In this document: positions 48,604-60,601 of the stretch, one piece after another
How the letters are laid out: every line of letters begins with the position of its first letter
Position numbering within the stretch: the stretch's first letter is position 1
Source of the DNA: Candidatus Anderseniibacteriota bacterium
Lineage (GTDB): Bacteria; Patescibacteriota; JAUYIX01
Assembly: GCA_046350855.1 (NCBI GenBank)
Contig: JAXLZM010000002.1
Coordinates: 78,103-142,102 of the forward strand
Direction: 5' to 3'
Length of the DNA: 64,000 bases
The notes under the pieces: model-generated
The model's input: only the letters and a program-made list of their open reading frames with translations
Told to the model about the DNA's origin: nothing
Database searches by the model: none
Translations under genes and position numbers: made by a program

Positions 48604-48856
48604 TTTCCCCATGCACACGGGGGGCCGCGCCCGCTAGCAAACTAAGGACTAACCTGGGTACCCAACATAAGGGGTGCCGGGGTATTTTTTGTTTCTGTTC
48701 AGCCAAATTTGGCTAGTCCTTATTTTTGTCAGCGGAACCCAAATTGCACAGTTTGCCGTACTACAAGCACTCATCTGCTCCACCCCAATCTAAAAGGCCC
48801 ACGTAGTCCCCGCGTGAACGCAACAACAATTTATTACTTAAGTACCACGTAGCTCG

Positions 48857-51800
48857 ATGCCTACCAAAACTGCGCGCACTGCTAAAGCTGGCCCAAGCCA
48901 GAAGGCCAACCAAGGCCAGTCCTTGCGCAAATTCTTTTCTCCGAGTCGCGACGTTAGCGACTTGCCCAACTTAATCGAGATCCAGCTGGACTCCTACCGC
49001 TGGTTTTTGGAGAAAGGCTTGCGCGAACTCTTTGACGAACTCAACCCGATCGAAGATTTTACCCAAAAAGAACTCGAGCTACACTTTTTGGACTACTACC
49101 TCGACGAGGCTAAGTTTGATGAGGTAACCGCCAAGGCGCGCAACACAACTTTTGAGGCACCCTTGCGTGTTAAGGTCCGACTCGTAAACAAGCGCACCGG
49201 AGAAATCAAAGACCAAGAGGTCTTTTTGGGAGATTTTCCGCTCATGACCGATCGCGGCACCTTTATTATCAATGGTGTCGAGCGCGTGATCGTCTCGCAG
49301 TTGATTCGTTCTCCCGGTGTGTATTTTACCAGCGAGACCTCACAGGGCAGCACGTACTACGGAGCAAAACTGATCCCAAACCGCGGTGCTTGGCTTGAGT
49401 TTGATACTGATAGCAACGGAGTGATCTCGGTCAAAATCGATCGTAAGCGCAAAATCGCCGTGACCGCTCTCTTGCGCGCTTTTGGCTACAACACTAATGA
49501 GGAGATTGCTGCACTCTTTAAAGACATCGATAGCGATCCAGATATCAAATACATCGAGGCTACGCTCGCTAAGGATCCTGCCCGCACGCACGCGGATGGT
49601 CTCAAAGAAGTCTACAAGCGTATCCGTCCTGGCGACCTGGCCACCGTCGAAAACGCTAAGCAAATGATCGAGTCAATGTTTTTTGACTTTGATCGTTACG
49701 ACTTTGGACGCGTAGGTCGTTACAAGCTCAACCAGCGCTTTGGCCAAAGCCTCCCGATCGATCGTAAGACTCGAGTGTTCCGCAAAGAGGATCTCATCAA
49801 CATCATCCGCGAGATCATCCGGTTGAACATCGCTCTCGATCCAGCCGACGACATCGACCACCTTGGCAACCGTCGCGTCCGCGCCATTGGTGAGTTGATC
49901 CAAAATAAATTCCGCGTCGGTATGGCGCGTCTCGAGCGCATCGTGCGTGATCGTATGTCGACCCTCGATATCGACACACTGACCCCGGCTCAGCTCATCA
50001 ACGCTCGCCCGGTCATCGCTGCGGTAAAAGAATTCTTTACCAACTCGCAGCTCTCGCAGTTTATGGACCAGACCAACCCGCTCTCCGAGCTCGAGCACAA
50101 GCGTCGTCTCTCGGCCATGGGTCCTGGGGGCTTGTCGCGTGAACGCGCCGGCTTTGATGTCCGTGACGTGCACCCTTCGCACTACGGCCGCATCTGTCCA
50201 ATCCAAACCCCTGAGGGTCCCAACATCGGACTTGTGGGCCACTTGGCCAGCTACTGCCGCATCAACGAGTACGGCTTTTTGGAAACGCCCTTCCGCAAAG
50301 TTGAACGTGAGCTACCCCTCAGCGCTAAAGCACTGATTGGTAAAGCGGTCCGTGCTGAGATCAAAGATGCTGCTGGTAAGGTGGTTCTGCCGAGTGGACA
50401 TACGGTCTCGGCCGCAGATGTAGCGACACTCAAGGCCGCTGGAATTAAAAGTGTGCCGATTAAACCGCGCGTGACGGATGAGATCGTCTATTTGGATGCA
50501 TTTGAGGAAGGTCGCTCGGTGACCGCTCCCGCCACGATCGACATCGATAGCGAGGGATACTTTAAAAATCAAAAAGACCAAGTTCGTTCCAAAGGGGAGT
50601 CCGGTGTTCGTCCTACGGATGTGATCCAGTATGTCGACGTCTCGCCTAAGCAAATTATCTCGGTGGCAACCGCGTTGATTCCGTTTTTGGAACATGACGA
50701 TGGTAACCGCGCCTTGATGGGCTCCAACATGCAACGCCAGGCCGTCTCGACCATTCGGCCCGAGTCGCCCATCGTAGGCACCGGCGTTGAGGCTAAAGCG
50801 GCTATCGACTCCGGTCAGGTCGTCGTGGCAGCCGGAGCTGGTAAGGTCGTGGCCGTGGATGCCAAGCACGTGGAGGTGCTGCAGGACGATGGCAATCTCA
50901 AAAATTACAACCTGCTCAATTTTTCGATCTCCAACCAAAATACTTCGATGCACCAGCATCCGGTCGTCGAAAAAGGCCAGCTAGTCAAAAAGGGTGACAT
51001 TTTGGCGGACGGCGCCTCGACCGATAAGGGTGAACTCGCGCTCGGTCAAAACATTCTGGTTGCCTTTATGGCTTGGAACGGTGGCAACTACGAGGACGCT
51101 ATCTTGATCTCGCAGCGCGTCGTCGAGAACGACCGCTTCTCGAGTGTACACATCGAAAACTTCTCGGTAGATGTGCGCGATACTAAGCTTGGCCCCGAGA
51201 TCGTTACACGTGACATCCCCAACATTGGCGAAGAAAAACTTAAAGATCTCGACGAAGATGGCATCATCCGCATCGGTGCGCAGGTCAGCTCCGGCGATAT
51301 TTTGGTCGGTAAGATCACACCAAAAGGTGAGACCGATCTGACCGCCGAAGAGCGTTTGCTGCGCGCCATCTTTGGCGAAAAAGCCCGTGACGTAAAAGAT
51401 ACTTCGCTCTACCTGCAACACGGTGAGTACGGCAAGGTCATTGACGTCAAAATCTTTAGCCGTGATCAGGGTGACAAACTCCCGACCGGCGTAATCAAAA
51501 CGATCCAAGTCAGCGTGGCACAGTTACGTAAGGTTCAGCCAGGAGATAAGATGGCCGGACGACACGGTAACAAAGGTGTAATCTCGCGCATCGTGCCAGT
51601 CGAAGATATGCCCTTTTTGGAAGACGGTACGCCAATCGACATCGTGCTCAACCCGCTCGGTGTGGCTAGCCGTATGAACCTCGGACAAATTTTGGAGACG
51701 CACCTCGGTTGGGCCGGACTCAAGCTCGGCTACAAAGTGGCCAGCCCTGCCTTTACCGGTGTCGAGGAAGAGCAAATTCATGCCGAGCTCAAAAAAGCCG

Positions 51801-52378
51801 GCATCCCCGACGAGGGCAAGGTCCAACTGACGGACGGTAAGACCGGACATAAGTTCGACTTTAAGACCACGGTGGGTGTCATGTACATGCTCAAGTTGCA
51901 CCACTTGGTTGACGACAAGATGCACCAACGCTCGATCGGTCCCTACTCGCTGGTCACGCAGCAGCCGCTGGGTGGTAAGGCGCAGTTTGGTGGTCAGCGC
52001 TTTGGTGAGATGGAAGTCTGGGCGCTTGAGGGGTATGGCGCCGGTCACACGCTGCAGGAGATGCTCACTATTAAATCTGACGATGTACTCGGTCGCTCTA
52101 AGACCTACGAGGCGATCGTTAAGGGTGAACCGATTCGCAAACCCAACGTGCCTGAGTCCTTTAACGTACTCGTCCGTGAGTTGATGGCCTTGGGTCTGGC
52201 GGTTGAGATGGTGGGTGGTCCGGTCGCAGAAAAAGAGGAGGATACGATGAGTCTCAAGGCTCCTGAGCGTAAACGTGTTACTAAAAAAACAGGCGACAAA
52301 GGGCGCGCGGATAAACGTGGTTCTGCCACGGCCAAAGCCGACAAGGCCAAAGTCGCCGCTAAGCAGAAAGGTAAATAG
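48857..52378 (+). CDS. rpoB: RNA polymerase beta subunit
   Basis: [58 protein letters not shown]. Confidence 0.99.
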   Translation: MPTKTARTAKAGPSQKANQGQSLRKFFSPSRDVSDLPNLIEIQLDSYRWFLEKGLRELFDELNPIEDFTQKELELHFLDYYLDEAKFDEVTAKARNTTFEAPLRVKVRLVNKRTGEIKDQEVFLGDFPLMTDRGTFIINGVERVIVSQLIRSPGVYFTSETSQGSTYYGAKLIPNRGAWLEFDTDSNGVISVKIDRKRKIAVTALLRAFGYNTNEEIAALFKDIDSDPDIKYIEATLAKDPARTHADGLKEVYKRIRPGDLATVENAKQMIESMFFDFDRYDFGRVGRYKLNQRFGQSLPIDRKTRVFRKEDLINIIREIIRLNIALDPADDIDHLGNRRVRAIGELIQNKFRVGMARLERIVRDRMSTLDIDTLTPAQLINARPVIAAVKEFFTNSQLSQFMDQTNPLSELEHKRRLSAMGPGGLSRERAGFDVRDVHPSHYGRICPIQTPEGPNIGLVGHLASYCRINEYGFLETPFRKVERELPLSAKALIGKAVRAEIKDAAGKVVLPSGHTVSAADVATLKAAGIKSVPIKPRVTDEIVYLDAFEEGRSVTAPATIDIDSEGYFKNQKDQVRSKGESGVRPTDVIQYVDVSPKQIISVATALIPFLEHDDGNRALMGSNMQRQAVSTIRPESPIVGTGVEAKAAIDSGQVVVAAGAGKVVAVDAKHVEVLQDDGNLKNYNLLNFSISNQNTSMHQHPVVEKGQLVKKGDILADGASTDKGELALGQNILVAFMAWNGGNYEDAILISQRVVENDRFSSVHIENFSVDVRDTKLGPEIVTRDIPNIGEEKLKDLDEDGIIRIGAQVSSGDILVGKITPKGETDLTAEERLLRAIFGEKARDVKDTSLYLQHGEYGKVIDVKIFSRDQGDKLPTGVIKTIQVSVAQLRKVQPGDKMAGRHGNKGVISRIVPVEDMPFLEDGTPIDIVLNPLGVASRMNLGQILETHLGWAGLKLGYKVASPAFTGVEEEQIHAELKKAGIPDEGKVQLTDGKTGHKFDFKTTVGVMYMLKLHHLVDDKMHQRSIGPYSLVTQQPLGGKAQFGGQRFGEMEVWALEGYGAGHTLQEMLTIKSDDVLGRSKTYEAIVKGEPIRKPNVPESFNVLVRELMALGLAVEMVGGPVAEKEEDTMSLKAPERKRVTKKTGDKGRADKRGSATAKADKAKVAAKQKGK

Positions 52379-52380
52379 CC

Positions 52381-55300
52381 ATGGCTGGAATTCCATCACT
52401 CTCTACTAAGGGAACCGACTTTGACGAGGTGCAAATCCGCCTCGCCAGTCCCGATGACATCAAGCAGTGGTCGCACGGTGAGGTCACCAAGCCCGAGACC
52501 ATTAACTATCGCACGCAAAAACCGGAGAAGGACGGTCTGTTTAGCGAGGAAATTTTTGGACCAACTAAAGATTGGGAGTGTTACTGCGGTAAGTACAAGC
52601 GTATCCGCTACAAGGGGATCGTCTGTGAAAAATGTGGTGTCGAGGTTACGCGCTCGATCGTGCGTCGCGAGCGTATGGGCCACATCGAGTTGGCCGTGCC
52701 AGTCACGCACATTTGGTTTTTGCGCGGCGTGCCCAGCAAGATCGGTTTGATTTTGGATCTCTCGATTTTGGATCTCGAAAAAGTCGTCTACTTTGCCGCC
52801 TACATTATTACGGATGTGGACGAACGCGCTCGCGAAGAGGCGCTCAAGCAGATTCAGCAAGAATTTAAGGCCAAAAAGGCTGAGATCGACGGTAAATTTA
52901 AACAGTTCCGCGAGCAGCTCAACCTCAAACACACCGCTCGTCTGGCCAAAGCGGCCGAAAAAGAAAAAGGCAGCGCGGCCGAAAAGAAGAAGGCCGAAAA
53001 AGAGTTCAAAGAAGAAGAGGACCGCTTTACCGCCGAACACAAAACCGAGCTTGAGAACTTGAGCGAGGCCTTGGATACCGCTAAACGTGAGCTCAAAGGT
53101 TTGCAACGTCTGCAGGTCATCTCCGAGCTCGAGTACCGCGATTTGTCGGTTAAGTACGGACATGTCTTTAGCGCCGGTATCGGGGCTGAGGCTCTGCGTA
53201 CCCTGGTCGCTAAGATTGATTTGACCCAACTCTCGGTCGAGATCGAAAAAGAACTCGGCACGGCCGTGACCAGTAAGCGCCGTAAACTCAAGCGCCGTCT
53301 CAAGTTGATTAAGTCTATGATTAAGGCCGGAATCCGTCCGGAATGGATGTTCTTGACGGTCTTGCCAATTTTGCCGCCAGATTTGCGCCCAATGGTGCAG
53401 TTGGATGGAGGACGCTTTGCTGCTTCCGACCTCAACGATTTGTACCGCCGCGTGATCAACCGCAACAACCGTCTCAAGCGTTTGATTAAGTTGAGTGCGC
53501 CGGAGGTCATTACTCGCAACGAAAAACGTATGCTGCAAGAGGCCGTGGACGCCTTGATCGACAACAACGCTCGGCGTGGCAAGGCCGTCGCCAGCGCCAC
53601 CGGTCAAAAGCGCACCCTCAAGTCACTGGCTGACATGCTCAAAGGTAAGCAAGGACGATTCCGCCAAAACCTGCTCGGTAAGCGCGTCGACTACTCGGGT
53701 CGCTCCGTCATCGTGGTCGGACCAAAACTCAAGCTCCACCAGTGTGGTCTGCCTAAAAAAATGGCGTTGGAGTTGTTCAAACCCTTTGTGATTGGTCAGC
53801 TCATCAAGCATGAGTACGCCTACAACGTCCGCTCCGCCGGTAAATTGATCGAACAAGGTCGCCCAGAAGTCTGGGATATGCTCGACAAGGTGATTAAGGG
53901 ACAGTATGTGCTCCTCAACCGCGCTCCGACCTTGCACCGTCTTGGTATCCAAGCCTTTGAGCCCGTTTTGATCGAAGGTAAAGCCATCCATGTGCACCCC
54001 TTGGTGTGTGAGGCTTTTAACGCTGACTTTGATGGTGACCAAATGGCCGTCCATGTGCCCCTCACGCGCGCCGCGCAAAAAGAAGCCAAAGAGATTATGC
54101 TCTCGGCTCGCAACATGATTAAGCCGGCCACGGGCGATCCGATCGCGCAGCCTCGTATGGATATGGTGCTCGGCTCCTACTGGACCACAAAACTAATGGC
54201 CGCCAAAGACCCTAAGCGTGTCAAACACTTTGACAGCCTCGACGAGGTCTTGATGGCACGCGCTACCGGTGCGATCACCTACCAGCAAGAGATTCGTGTT
54301 TTGATCGCTGGTACCTGGGTCAACACCTGCGCGGGACGCGTGGCGTTCAACCAGCTCTTGCCGCGCGAGTTGCAGTTCCACAACAAACAGATCGACAAAA
54401 AAGAGATCAAAAAGTTGATGGCCGAGTCGCTGGATCGCTTTGGTATGGAAGAGACGGCCGAGCTCGCCGATCGCATCAAAGATTTTGGGTTTGAACAGCT
54501 GACCGCCTCTGGTTTGTCGTGGGGTATGGCGGATATTCAGACGCCTGAGGGCAAGCACGCCCTGATCAAAAAGGCCGAGGACGAGACGGAGCTGATTCAC
54601 GGTCACTACAAGACCGGTTTGCTCACCGACGAAGAGCGTCGTCTCAAAACGATCGAGCTCTGGCAAGGCGTGCGCGATAAGATCGCGGATTTGGCGCAAG
54701 CTCAATTGGTCCGGATGAACAACTCGGTCTACATGATGGTCACCTCTGGTGCGCGTGGTAACCCCGCCCAGGTCGCCCAGATGATGGGTATGAAAGGCCT
54801 CGTGGCTAACCCAGCCGGTGAGACCATCGAGCTCCCCATTAAGCACAGCTTTAAAGAGGGCTTGGGAGTGTTGGAATACTTCATCTCGACGCACGGTGCT
54901 CGTAAAGGTATGTCCGACACGGCGCTCCGTACCGCTAACGCGGGATACTTGACTCGTCGCCTGGTCGACGTCTCGCAAGATGTCGTGATCACGCACGAGG
55001 ATTGCAAGACCAAAGAGGGTATCGTCTTGACCAAAGCCGACACCGAGAGTCTCGGTTTGCACTTGGCCGGTCGTGTCTGGGGTCGCGTGCTCGCCAGCAA
55101 GATCGTCAACGAAAAAACCGGCGAGGTGGTGGCTAAGGCCAACACTTTGATCGATAAGACCTTGCTTAAAAAGATCGAGGAAGCCGATCCCGAGTTGATC
55201 CGCATCCGTAGCCCGCTCACGTGTGAGGATGCCAACGGTCTTTGCCAAATGTGCTACGGCTACGATTTGGGTCGCAACAAAATGGTTGAACTCGGACAAG

Positions 55301-56439
55301 CCGTCGGTATCGTCGCCGCTCAAGCTATCGGTGAACCAGGTACACAGCTTACGATGCGTACCTTCCACTCCGGTGGTGTGGCCGCATCCGACATCACACA
55401 AGGATTGCCTCGTGTTGAGGAACTGTTTGAGGCCCGTCCGATTAAAAAGCCCGCCATCGTCTCCGAGATCGGTGGACAAGTGGCGATCGAGCAAGAGAGT
55501 AAGCGCGAGCGCGTAATCCGCATTACCTCTAAGGACGTCATCGTCGATCCGTATCCGTTGACCGACAAGGCCAAAATCAAGGTCAAAGCTAAAGACTACG
55601 TTGAGGCTGCGGCCGAACTCGCCTTGGATGGTAGCGGTAAAGACGCCAAAAAAATCACGGCGCGCTACGCTGGTATCGTCAAAAAGATTGAGCCAGGCAA
55701 GCAACTACTCATCACGCGCGAGGGCAGCAATGAGATGGTCTACCGTGTGCCGACCGCTCTGCCGCTCTGGGTCAAAAATGGTGAACTGGTCGAAAAAGGC
55801 CAGCAGTTGACCGAGGGTTCGATCGATTTGTTTGAACTCTTCCGTGTCTCTGGTACCGAGGCCGTCCAGCGCTACATCATCCGCGAGATCCAAAACATGT
55901 ACTCGACGCAAGGTCAGCCCCTCAACGACAAGCACGTTGAGATTATCGTTCGCCAAATGTTACTGCGTAAAGTAGTGCGTGAGGCAGGCGACTCTGAGTT
56001 GCTCGAAGGCGACCTGATCGATAAAAACCAGCTGCGCAAGATCAACGATGAGTTGCGCGCCGGTGGCAAAAAGCCGGTCATTGCGGACGACTTACTGCAG
56101 GGTATTACCAAGGCCAGCCTCTCGACGGATAGCTTCTTGTCGGCTGCCTCGTTCCAACAGACCGCCCGGGTCTTGATCGACGCCGCTATCACCGGCAAGA
56201 CCGATACGCTCAAGGGTCTCAAAGAGAACGTCATTATCGGTCGTGTCATCCCCGCTGGTACCGGCTTTAAGTACTATGCCGATAAGTTTGGGATCAAACT
56301 CTCACCTGAGATGTTGGCTGGTCTCAATGACGAGACTAATCTCGCCACGGCAGGTGTCAGCCAAGGATCTAACATCCCGGTCATCGCCCCGCCTGGTACG
56401 CAGCCGACCGCACAAACCCTCCACGAGGACGAGTTTTAA
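52381..56439 (+). CDS. rpoC: RNA polymerase beta' subunit
   Basis: [49 protein letters not shown]. Confidence 0.99.
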   Translation: MAGIPSLSTKGTDFDEVQIRLASPDDIKQWSHGEVTKPETINYRTQKPEKDGLFSEEIFGPTKDWECYCGKYKRIRYKGIVCEKCGVEVTRSIVRRERMGHIELAVPVTHIWFLRGVPSKIGLILDLSILDLEKVVYFAAYIITDVDERAREEALKQIQQEFKAKKAEIDGKFKQFREQLNLKHTARLAKAAEKEKGSAAEKKKAEKEFKEEEDRFTAEHKTELENLSEALDTAKRELKGLQRLQVISELEYRDLSVKYGHVFSAGIGAEALRTLVAKIDLTQLSVEIEKELGTAVTSKRRKLKRRLKLIKSMIKAGIRPEWMFLTVLPILPPDLRPMVQLDGGRFAASDLNDLYRRVINRNNRLKRLIKLSAPEVITRNEKRMLQEAVDALIDNNARRGKAVASATGQKRTLKSLADMLKGKQGRFRQNLLGKRVDYSGRSVIVVGPKLKLHQCGLPKKMALELFKPFVIGQLIKHEYAYNVRSAGKLIEQGRPEVWDMLDKVIKGQYVLLNRAPTLHRLGIQAFEPVLIEGKAIHVHPLVCEAFNADFDGDQMAVHVPLTRAAQKEAKEIMLSARNMIKPATGDPIAQPRMDMVLGSYWTTKLMAAKDPKRVKHFDSLDEVLMARATGAITYQQEIRVLIAGTWVNTCAGRVAFNQLLPRELQFHNKQIDKKEIKKLMAESLDRFGMEETAELADRIKDFGFEQLTASGLSWGMADIQTPEGKHALIKKAEDETELIHGHYKTGLLTDEERRLKTIELWQGVRDKIADLAQAQLVRMNNSVYMMVTSGARGNPAQVAQMMGMKGLVANPAGETIELPIKHSFKEGLGVLEYFISTHGARKGMSDTALRTANAGYLTRRLVDVSQDVVITHEDCKTKEGIVLTKADTESLGLHLAGRVWGRVLASKIVNEKTGEVVAKANTLIDKTLLKKIEEADPELIRIRSPLTCEDANGLCQMCYGYDLGRNKMVELGQAVGIVAAQAIGEPGTQLTMRTFHSGGVAASDITQGLPRVEELFEARPIKKPAIVSEIGGQVAIEQESKRERVIRITSKDVIVDPYPLTDKAKIKVKAKDYVEAAAELALDGSGKDAKKITARYAGIVKKIEPGKQLLITREGSNEMVYRVPTALPLWVKNGELVEKGQQLTEGSIDLFELFRVSGTEAVQRYIIREIQNMYSTQGQPLNDKHVEIIVRQMLLRKVVREAGDSELLEGDLIDKNQLRKINDELRAGGKKPVIADDLLQGITKASLSTDSFLSAASFQQTARVLIDAAITGKTDTLKGLKENVIIGRVIPAGTGFKYYADKFGIKLSPEMLAGLNDETNLATAGVSQGSNIPVIAPPGTQPTAQTLHEDEF

Positions 56440-56478
56440 GCACAGAGTGCTCGGTTTTACCAAAGGCTAAACTACTAA

Positions 56479-56513
56479 CAAACGACCGGCAGACAGAACC
56501 GGTCGTTTGTTTT
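56479..56513 (+). terminator. Intrinsic terminator after rpoC
   Basis: AAACGACCGG-loop-CCGGTCGTTT followed by GTTTT. Confidence 0.8.
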
Positions 56514-56533
56514 ATGATGGTCCTACACTTTCT

Positions 56534-58918
56534 ATGGCTAAGGCTAAAACGAGCAAAAAAAAGGACCAGGCTGCCGAGCCTGCTAGCCCTGCCCGTCGCG
56601 GCGGACGTACGCCGGGGCGGCGTGGCTTAGGACTCAGCACCGATACCCGTCGGGGGATTTGGTCGGTTGTTCTGTTTGCTCTGGCACTCTTGACCCTGCT
56701 CTCCCTGTTTTCGTTTGCCGGCCTGGTCGGCGAGTATTGGCGTAAGTTTTTAGGCTTTTTTGTTGGGTTGGGAACCCTCATCATGCCAGTCGTCTTAGCC
56801 GGGGCGGGACTACTGATTATGCGCGGTCAAAAGATTGAACACATCCGGGCTCGTACAGCCGGTTTTATCACAACGGTTGTGGCGCTCTTGGCGCTTTTTC
56901 ATGTCTGGACCAATACCGGTGAGATGGTCGAGGCAGCCAACGCGGGTCAGGGGGGTGGCTGGATCGGGACCCTCTTGGCTTTGCCACTGCGCGGTGGCCT
57001 CGGTTTGTGGGGAGCGGTGATCGTCCTGATCGCTGTGATGCTGATCGGTATTTTGTTGCTCTTTGATGTCGGAGTCAGCGCCCTCTGGGCTAAATTGCGG
57101 CGCAATCGACCCGCCAAAGAGGACATCCAGGTGCGTGGGATCGAGGAGACCCCCGAGGAGCCTGCCATCAAGACCGAGAAAAAGACGCTACTTGGTTCAC
57201 TCTTTAGTCGTAAAAAGGTTCAGCCGGCTACAGATCAAACGCAGGCTGGGACCGAGGGCAACGCCAATGCAGAGGCTACCGACCTGGCCCAACAAACTCC
57301 CGCAAAACCCGAGCGTGCCAAGGCTGATCCCGAAATCCAAATCCGCAACGTGCCCGACTCGGTTGTCCCTAAGGGCCCAGCTTTGCAAGTTAAAGATATG
57401 CAGTATGAGTTGCCCTCACTCGATCTGTTGGATAGCAAAATGGGCCGACCGACGGCCGGTGATATTAAAGCTAACGTACGCAAGATCCGTCGCACTCTGG
57501 AGAACTTTGGTATCCCCGTAGAGATGGGCGATGTCTCGATTGGACCGACCGTCACGCAGTACACCTTTAAACCCGCCGAGGGGGTCAAGCTCTCGGCCAT
57601 TACCGCGCTACAAAATGATTTAGCGTTAGCCCTGGCCGCCCACCCGGTCCGTATCGAGGCGCCTATCCCGGGTAAATCGCTGGTCGGGCTAGAGGTTCCC
57701 AATGTGGGCGTGGCGCTGGTGCGCCTGCGCGAGATTTTGGCGAGCCAACCGTACCAGAGTGCCAAAGATCCACTCACGATTGGCCTCGGTCGTGACGTAG
57801 CAGGCAACCCTGTCGTGGCCAACCTGGCCAAGATGCCGCACTTGCTGATCGCCGGTGCGACGGGTTCGGGCAAATCCGTAACGATCAACAGCCTCTTGAT
57901 GTCGCTGCTCTTCCGCAACTCTCCCCAGACGCTTAAGCTCATTTTGGTTGATCCTAAGCGGGTCGAACTCACGGCCTACAATAATATTCCGCACCTGGTC
58001 ACGCCTGTTATTACCGAGACCAAAAAAACCGTACATGCCCTGCGCTGGTGTGTGGCCGAAATGGACAAACGCTACGAGTTACTCAACGCCTCGGGTAAGC
58101 GCAACATTTTGTCGTATAACAGCAGTGCGCACGGTCAAAAGTTGCCTTACATAACGGTGGTGATCGATGAGTTGGCCGATCTGATGGCGGTGGCCGCCAA
58201 CGATGTTGAGTCGGCGATCGTACGGTTGGCGCAGATGGCCCGTGCGGTGGGGATTCACTTGGTAGTGGCGACGCAACGTCCTTCGGTCGATGTGATCACT
58301 GGATTGATCAAAGCCAACATTACCTCACGTATGGCTTTTAACGTGGCCTCCTCAATCGATTCGCGCACGATTTTGGATCACGCCGGAGCGGAGAAGCTCC
58401 TTGGTAACGGCGACATGCTCTACATTACGGCCAGTCTCTCCAAACCTAAGCGTATCCAGAGCGCCTTTGTCAGCGAGAGCGAGGTAGAAAAAGTCACCGA
58501 CTTTATCCGCAGCAAAAACGGTGCGCCCGAGTACGTCGAGGCTATCGCCACGGGTCAGGTTGGTGGAGGGAGTGCCGCCTCTGCCGCTGCCATGGGTGCG
58601 GGTGAGGAGAGTGATCCCATGCTCGAAGATGCCAAAAAAGTGATTATCGAAAACCAAAAAGCCTCAGCCTCCCTCTTACAGCGGCGACTCTCGGTGGGCT
58701 ATGCTCGTGCCGCGCGTCTGCTCGACTTAATGGAAGAAAAAGGCTGGATCGGACCGGGCCAGGGGGCTAAACCACGTGAGATCTTTATTGGACGTGACAA
58801 TGGCACGCTCGAGCGTGCCGACGACGCGAGTCTGGACGAGATCCCAACCCCAGACGAAGTTCCGCCACCGCCTGAGGATCCGGACATGCCACCGCCCACC
58901 GAGGACTATCGCGGCTAG
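56534..58918 (+). CDS. ftsK: DNA translocase FtsK/SpoIIIE
   Basis: 4 TM helices, RIEAPIPGK, IAGATGSGKS, IDELADLM, ATQRPS, gamma domain LQRRLSVGYARAARL. Confidence 0.97.
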   Translation: MAKAKTSKKKDQAAEPASPARRGGRTPGRRGLGLSTDTRRGIWSVVLFALALLTLLSLFSFAGLVGEYWRKFLGFFVGLGTLIMPVVLAGAGLLIMRGQKIEHIRARTAGFITTVVALLALFHVWTNTGEMVEAANAGQGGGWIGTLLALPLRGGLGLWGAVIVLIAVMLIGILLLFDVGVSALWAKLRRNRPAKEDIQVRGIEETPEEPAIKTEKKTLLGSLFSRKKVQPATDQTQAGTEGNANAEATDLAQQTPAKPERAKADPEIQIRNVPDSVVPKGPALQVKDMQYELPSLDLLDSKMGRPTAGDIKANVRKIRRTLENFGIPVEMGDVSIGPTVTQYTFKPAEGVKLSAITALQNDLALALAAHPVRIEAPIPGKSLVGLEVPNVGVALVRLREILASQPYQSAKDPLTIGLGRDVAGNPVVANLAKMPHLLIAGATGSGKSVTINSLLMSLLFRNSPQTLKLILVDPKRVELTAYNNIPHLVTPVITETKKTVHALRWCVAEMDKRYELLNASGKRNILSYNSSAHGQKLPYITVVIDELADLMAVAANDVESAIVRLAQMARAVGIHLVVATQRPSVDVITGLIKANITSRMAFNVASSIDSRTILDHAGAEKLLGNGDMLYITASLSKPKRIQSAFVSESEVEKVTDFIRSKNGAPEYVEAIATGQVGGGSAASAAAMGAGEESDPMLEDAKKVIIENQKASASLLQRRLSVGYARAARLLDLMEEKGWIGPGQGAKPREIFIGRDNGTLERADDASLDEIPTPDEVPPPPEDPDMPPPTEDYRG

Positions 58919-58926
58919 TCTAAAAC

Positions 58927-60555
58927 TTACTGGGCGATGGTGAGCAGCGAGACCCCGGTCATGTCGGGGTGTTTGGGTAGACCCATCAGCTCCAATACCG
59001 TTGGTGCTACATCCGCCAACACACCCGCCGGCGGATTATAGTAGGACATCAAAGCCTCATCGCTCTTGGGTTGGGGCAGTTTAAATTGAGTAGCCACAAG
59101 GTAAAATGGCACGGCATTGGTCGAGTGCTGCTTATCGATCTCACCCGTCGCAGCGTTGATCAATTCTTCGGCGTTGCCATGATCGGCCGTAATCAAAAGG
59201 GCGCCATTAACACTCAAGACCGCTTGCATCAGTTTGCCGATTTGTTCATCCAGAACCTCGATGGCTTGCGTGGTTGCTTGGAGGTTACCGGTGTGTCCCA
59301 CCATATCGGCGTTGGCGTAATTGGCCACGATGTAATCGTAGGTGCCGGACTGAATCCCTTTGAGAATCGCGTCGGTGATACCGGCAGCACTCATGGCCGG
59401 TTTTTCGTCGTAAGCATTAACCTGCTGGCTCGGGATCAAAACCCGCTCCTCACCCGGAAACGCTTTTTCTGTTCCGCCGTTAAAAAAGAAGGTGACGTGG
59501 GCGTATTTTTCGGTCTCGGCCACATGCAGTTGTTTGCGACCAGCCTCGGATAACACTCGGGCCAGAGGATACCGAACATTTTCTGGTTCAAAGGCGACCG
59601 AGACAGGCAGAGCCTCCTCATACTGGACCATCGTCACAAAAAAGAGGTCGGACAAACGCTCACCCCGGTCAAATTTATCAAAGCTCGGCAGGGCAAAGGC
59701 CTCGGTCAGTTGGCGCTCGCGATCGTTTCTAAAGTTGATGTATACGAGTGCATCACCAGATTTGATTTGCCCCACTGGTGCCTCGTCACCGCCGACCAGG
59801 ATAGTCGGCGAGATCGCCTCATCGTTGAGATTGGCGGCATGCGCTTTTTGGATGGCCTCGCGCGCCGTCGCGGCGGTCTCACCCTTAGCATGCACCATGG
59901 CGTCATAGGCCTGGCCTGTTTTAGCCCACTGTCCATCGCGATCCATCGAAAAATTGCGGCCCATGACCGTAGCAATTTGACCGACATGATTTTCTTGCAG
60001 AGCTTTTTCGACCTCGTCCAAAAAAATTAAGGATGAACGTGGCGGCGCATCGATTCCATCTGTAAAGAGGTGCAGGTAGAGTCGTTCGATTTTTTGCAGG
60101 GCTGCAAATTTAATCATTGCGAGCAAGTGATCGGTATGGGAGTGGATGCCGCCGTTACCGAGGAGGCCCATCACATGCAAGCTGCTCTTGTTTTTTTTGA
60201 CTTGTTCAGCCGCTTGTAAAAAAGCTGGTTTTTTAAAAAAGGTCCCATCCTCGATTGCTAGGGTGATGCGCGGTAGGTTTTGGTAAATCACCAAGCCACT
60301 GCCGAGGGTGCGATGTCCAACCTCAGAGTTACCAAACTCGCCCCAGACCAACCCGACGGTAATCCCGGCCGCCGCGAGTGCCGCACCCGGGTAATTTTGT
60401 TCAATCTGATGAAAATTGGGCCGCTTAGCGAGTGCAATTGGATTACCCTCCGGCAGCGGGCTCAAGCCAAAGCCATCCAGCACGACCAGAACCACCGGCC
60501 TAATTGGCGGCAACGCAGTCGGGGCAGCAGGTGGTGGGGTGCTGTGTAAGGGCAT
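58927..60555 (-). CDS. gpmI: 2,3-bisphosphoglycerate-independent phosphoglycerate mutase
   Basis: LVVLDGFG, GNSEVGH, AETEKYAHVTFF, NADMVGHTG, TADHGNAE. Confidence 0.96.
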   Translation of the reverse strand: MPLHSTPPPAAPTALPPIRPVVLVVLDGFGLSPLPEGNPIALAKRPNFHQIEQNYPGAALAAAGITVGLVWGEFGNSEVGHRTLGSGLVIYQNLPRITLAIEDGTFFKKPAFLQAAEQVKKNKSSLHVMGLLGNGGIHSHTDHLLAMIKFAALQKIERLYLHLFTDGIDAPPRSSLIFLDEVEKALQENHVGQIATVMGRNFSMDRDGQWAKTGQAYDAMVHAKGETAATAREAIQKAHAANLNDEAISPTILVGGDEAPVGQIKSGDALVYINFRNDRERQLTEAFALPSFDKFDRGERLSDLFFVTMVQYEEALPVSVAFEPENVRYPLARVLSEAGRKQLHVAETEKYAHVTFFFNGGTEKAFPGEERVLIPSQQVNAYDEKPAMSAAGITDAILKGIQSGTYDYIVANYANADMVGHTGNLQATTQAIEVLDEQIGKLMQAVLSVNGALLITADHGNAEELINAATGEIDKQHSTNAVPFYLVATQFKLPQPKSDEALMSYYNPPAGVLADVAPTVLELMGLPKHPDMTGVSLLTIAQ

Positions 60556-60601
60556 CGCTTAGGGAATGGCTCTACTATACGCTATACTGTGCAAAACGAC
60601 G

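Noticed and set aside
52396-55704. Long antisense ORFs opposite rpoC (403 and 503 aa), and similar ones opposite rpoB, valS and pilB
   Set aside because: Expected shadow frames from codon bias in long, highly expressed genes.
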